Assembly: GCA_030704615.1 (NCBI GenBank)
Contig: CM060732.1
Coordinates: forward strand, 6,510,001 to 6,574,000
Length of the DNA: 64,000 bases
Reading direction: 5' to 3'
Source: Takakia lepidozioides
Lineage: Eukaryota > Plantae > Bryophyta
Shown: positions 61,926 to 64,000 of the stretch, in pieces
How positions within the stretch are numbered: the stretch's first letter is position 1
Layout: the number at the start of each line of letters is the position of its first letter
The notes under the pieces: model-generated
Database searches by the model: none
The model's input: only the letters and a program-made list of their open reading frames with translations
Told to the model about the DNA's origin: nothing
Made by a program: the position numbers and the translations under genes

Positions 61926-64000
61926 TCTAGACAAACAGAAAGGTTTTGGTTGAACAACTGAAGAAAGCTGCAGGGCACAAAGCATAAAAGTATGGTTGGC
62001 ACAGAATGAAATGGGTAAGTGCTTGTAAGCCTGTGGGGCTTGCAAGTATCGATTTAGAGAAAATGTACTCTTCGTCCGTCCTTGTGCCACTGCGTAAGTA
62101 GTAAGCGAGTGTGTAGTCTGTTATTTCCGCCATAGCTTCAAAGCTATAGCTTTGATTGTTCTCCCGTCGAGACGCCCGTTACTTGGAACGACGCCGACTC
62201 TTGCGCTCAAATCCCTCTAAATTCTTGATTTTGCTTCTTGGAAAATACCCTGCAGGTAATTCTGGCTCATGATTGGCTGTTGGCTCTGTGATTGGTTTTG
62301 TAATTTAATTCCCTTCCGTGGATTTCCCCCCTGGACTGTCCACTAGGATAGCACATGTGCAGGTTTCCCTTTTCTGTACTCGAAAGGGTTCCGTTACCCT
62401 CTGAATGCATTAATGGGCCCACAATAGTTGACCGGGTAGGTACTTTGACGGCCAATTTTGATCCACGTGTCCATTTCTAAACCTGCCTCCGTCCCACTTT
62501 TCCGCCGGCCACTCTCCGGATGTTAACCCACGTCCACCTGTCACTGATCCTATGGACTGTGTAATAGGCTGTGTTGAGCTGTGATAGGCTGTGTGGCACT
62601 GTGATGGGCTGTGATAGGCTGTGTTGATGTGGGCCACGGCTGTGATAGGAAATGTACCCTGGTCATATACGCTCGGCTTAGCGACAAGTGCTCCATACTC
62701 CGTTGGTATCACTGGCGCAGCCCGTGACTGCTTTGCGTTTCAACATGCAAATCGTGCTGCAATGTTTGTCATGGATACCACTGTACCCCTTCAACTTATT
62801 GGCATTGACTCTTCCCAGCATCTCTTTGTTAATGGTTTGTAACATGGCTGTGTTTGTTATCATACATCTTCTGTATGACATAAGGTCCTTTCCATGGTGA
62901 TTTAAGCTTAGAAGCTTTAATCTTCCCCTTCTTCTGCAACCAGAGAACCAAATCTCCCGTCTTAAAAGTCTTTAATTTGCCTTCATCAAACTGTTCCTTC
63001 CTCTTCATCTGAATTCTGGTCATGTTATCAGCTGCATCAGCACGTACTTCTTCCACATGGTATAATTCATGTTTCCTGACCTTAATTGAATCTTCCAATT
63101 CCATTCTCTTTCCCCATTCCGTTCTCATGGTAGGTAACAAGAATTCCACTGGAAGTAAAGCTTCCATACCATAAACTAATTGGAATGGTGTATACTTAGT
63201 GGTGACTTTATATGAAGTCCTGTATGACCACAAAGCTGTCAGCAGCTTTGTATCCCAATCCGTTCTGTTTGCATTGACTATCTTAGCCAAGATAGTACAT
63301 AGTATTTTGTTGGTAGCCTCTGCCTGCCCATTACCCTGTGGGTAATACGTTGTACTCTTCCTATGCACAATCATGAACTCTTTAGTCAATAGTTCAATGG
63401 TCTCATTAATGAAGTGACTTCCTGGTCACTGATAAATTCCAAGGGACAGCCAAATCGTGTAAGTATGTTCTCATACAGGAACCTTGCTGTGGACTTGGCT
63501 GTGTTGTCCCTCAGAGCTTTAGCTTCCACCCACTTCGTAGTATAATCAGTGGCTGTAATTATGTACTTGTTCTGTGTATTCTTGGCCGGTGGGTTAATTG
63601 GTCCAACAAAGTCTAGTCCCCCATTTCTGAAATGGTTCAGTAGGCATCGTAGGATGCAAAGCCATCTTCCCAGATCTCTGCAAAGGTCCTAGCCTCTGAC
63701 ATTCATCACAACTCTGACAATACTTGTGTACATCTTTGAACAAAGTAGGCCACCAGTAACCTGCAAGTAGTATCTTCCTACTGGTAGTCTCTTCTCCAAA
63801 ATGACCTCCAGCCACTCCTTTATGAACTTCCTCCAAAACTTTATTTACTTCATGGTGGTACAAGCATCGTTTAAGTACTCCATCAGGTCCTAGCTTATAC
63901 ATTCTGCCCCCTACCATAGTATAGGTAAAGCCTTGATAGCGATTCTCTTCCTCTGCTCCTTACCATAACTAGGTGGGCACTGACCATGAGTAAGGTAGTA

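Larger units (their letters stand above)
57531..64000 (-). mobile_element. Second Ty3/Gypsy family (non-chromovirus, Athila/Tat-like) nested in copy 3: integrase, accessory ORF, PPT, 3' LTR
   Basis: Integrase 62829-63917 (HKGVAGGH...CQSC, YYPQGNGQAE, WKGPY). PPT GAGAGGGGGAGGGG at 58411-58424. LTR 57531-58406 reads TGTTAG...CTCGACA on the minus strand. Confidence 0.9.

Overview
Transposon-dense eukaryotic (land-plant, probably non-seed plant; inference) genomic DNA with few host genes. Host genes: an intact 9-exon CYP85-clan cytochrome P450 with a CYP707A-like C-terminus (minus, 24837-29300) and a small plant 'WDCGS-x-L-(Y/F)-DSYEL' family gene (minus, ~35688-36272). Most of the rest is nested, decayed mobile DNA. 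There are three copies of one Ty3/Gypsy family (TG...CA LTRs, tRNA-iMet PBS), a second Gypsy element carrying a ~3.5-kb accessory ORF after the integrase, several L1-clade LINE copies or fragments, and two tRNA-derived SINE families. DNA-type elements include a hAT transposase fragment, MULE- and hAT-type MITEs, a SWIM-finger pseudogene with a hairpin minisatellite, and a head-to-tail array of ~1.1-kb Helitron-like units. The most notable structures are: (i) an ~11.8-kb inversion (44107-55950) whose two breakpoints both lie at a TA and split a Gypsy pol and a LINE ORF2 reciprocally; (ii) a ~50-bp-period array of GC-rich palindromes with variable AT-rich spacers (20553-21468) that looks like a CRISPR array but has no cas genes; (iii) Helitron CTAG|TC concatemer junctions; (iv) a 34-bp 5'-terminal motif conserved between two divergent LINEs; (v) a CACAGCC repeat shared by the LTR U3 and the region upstream of the accessory ORF. 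All calls were made by eye; no searches were run.
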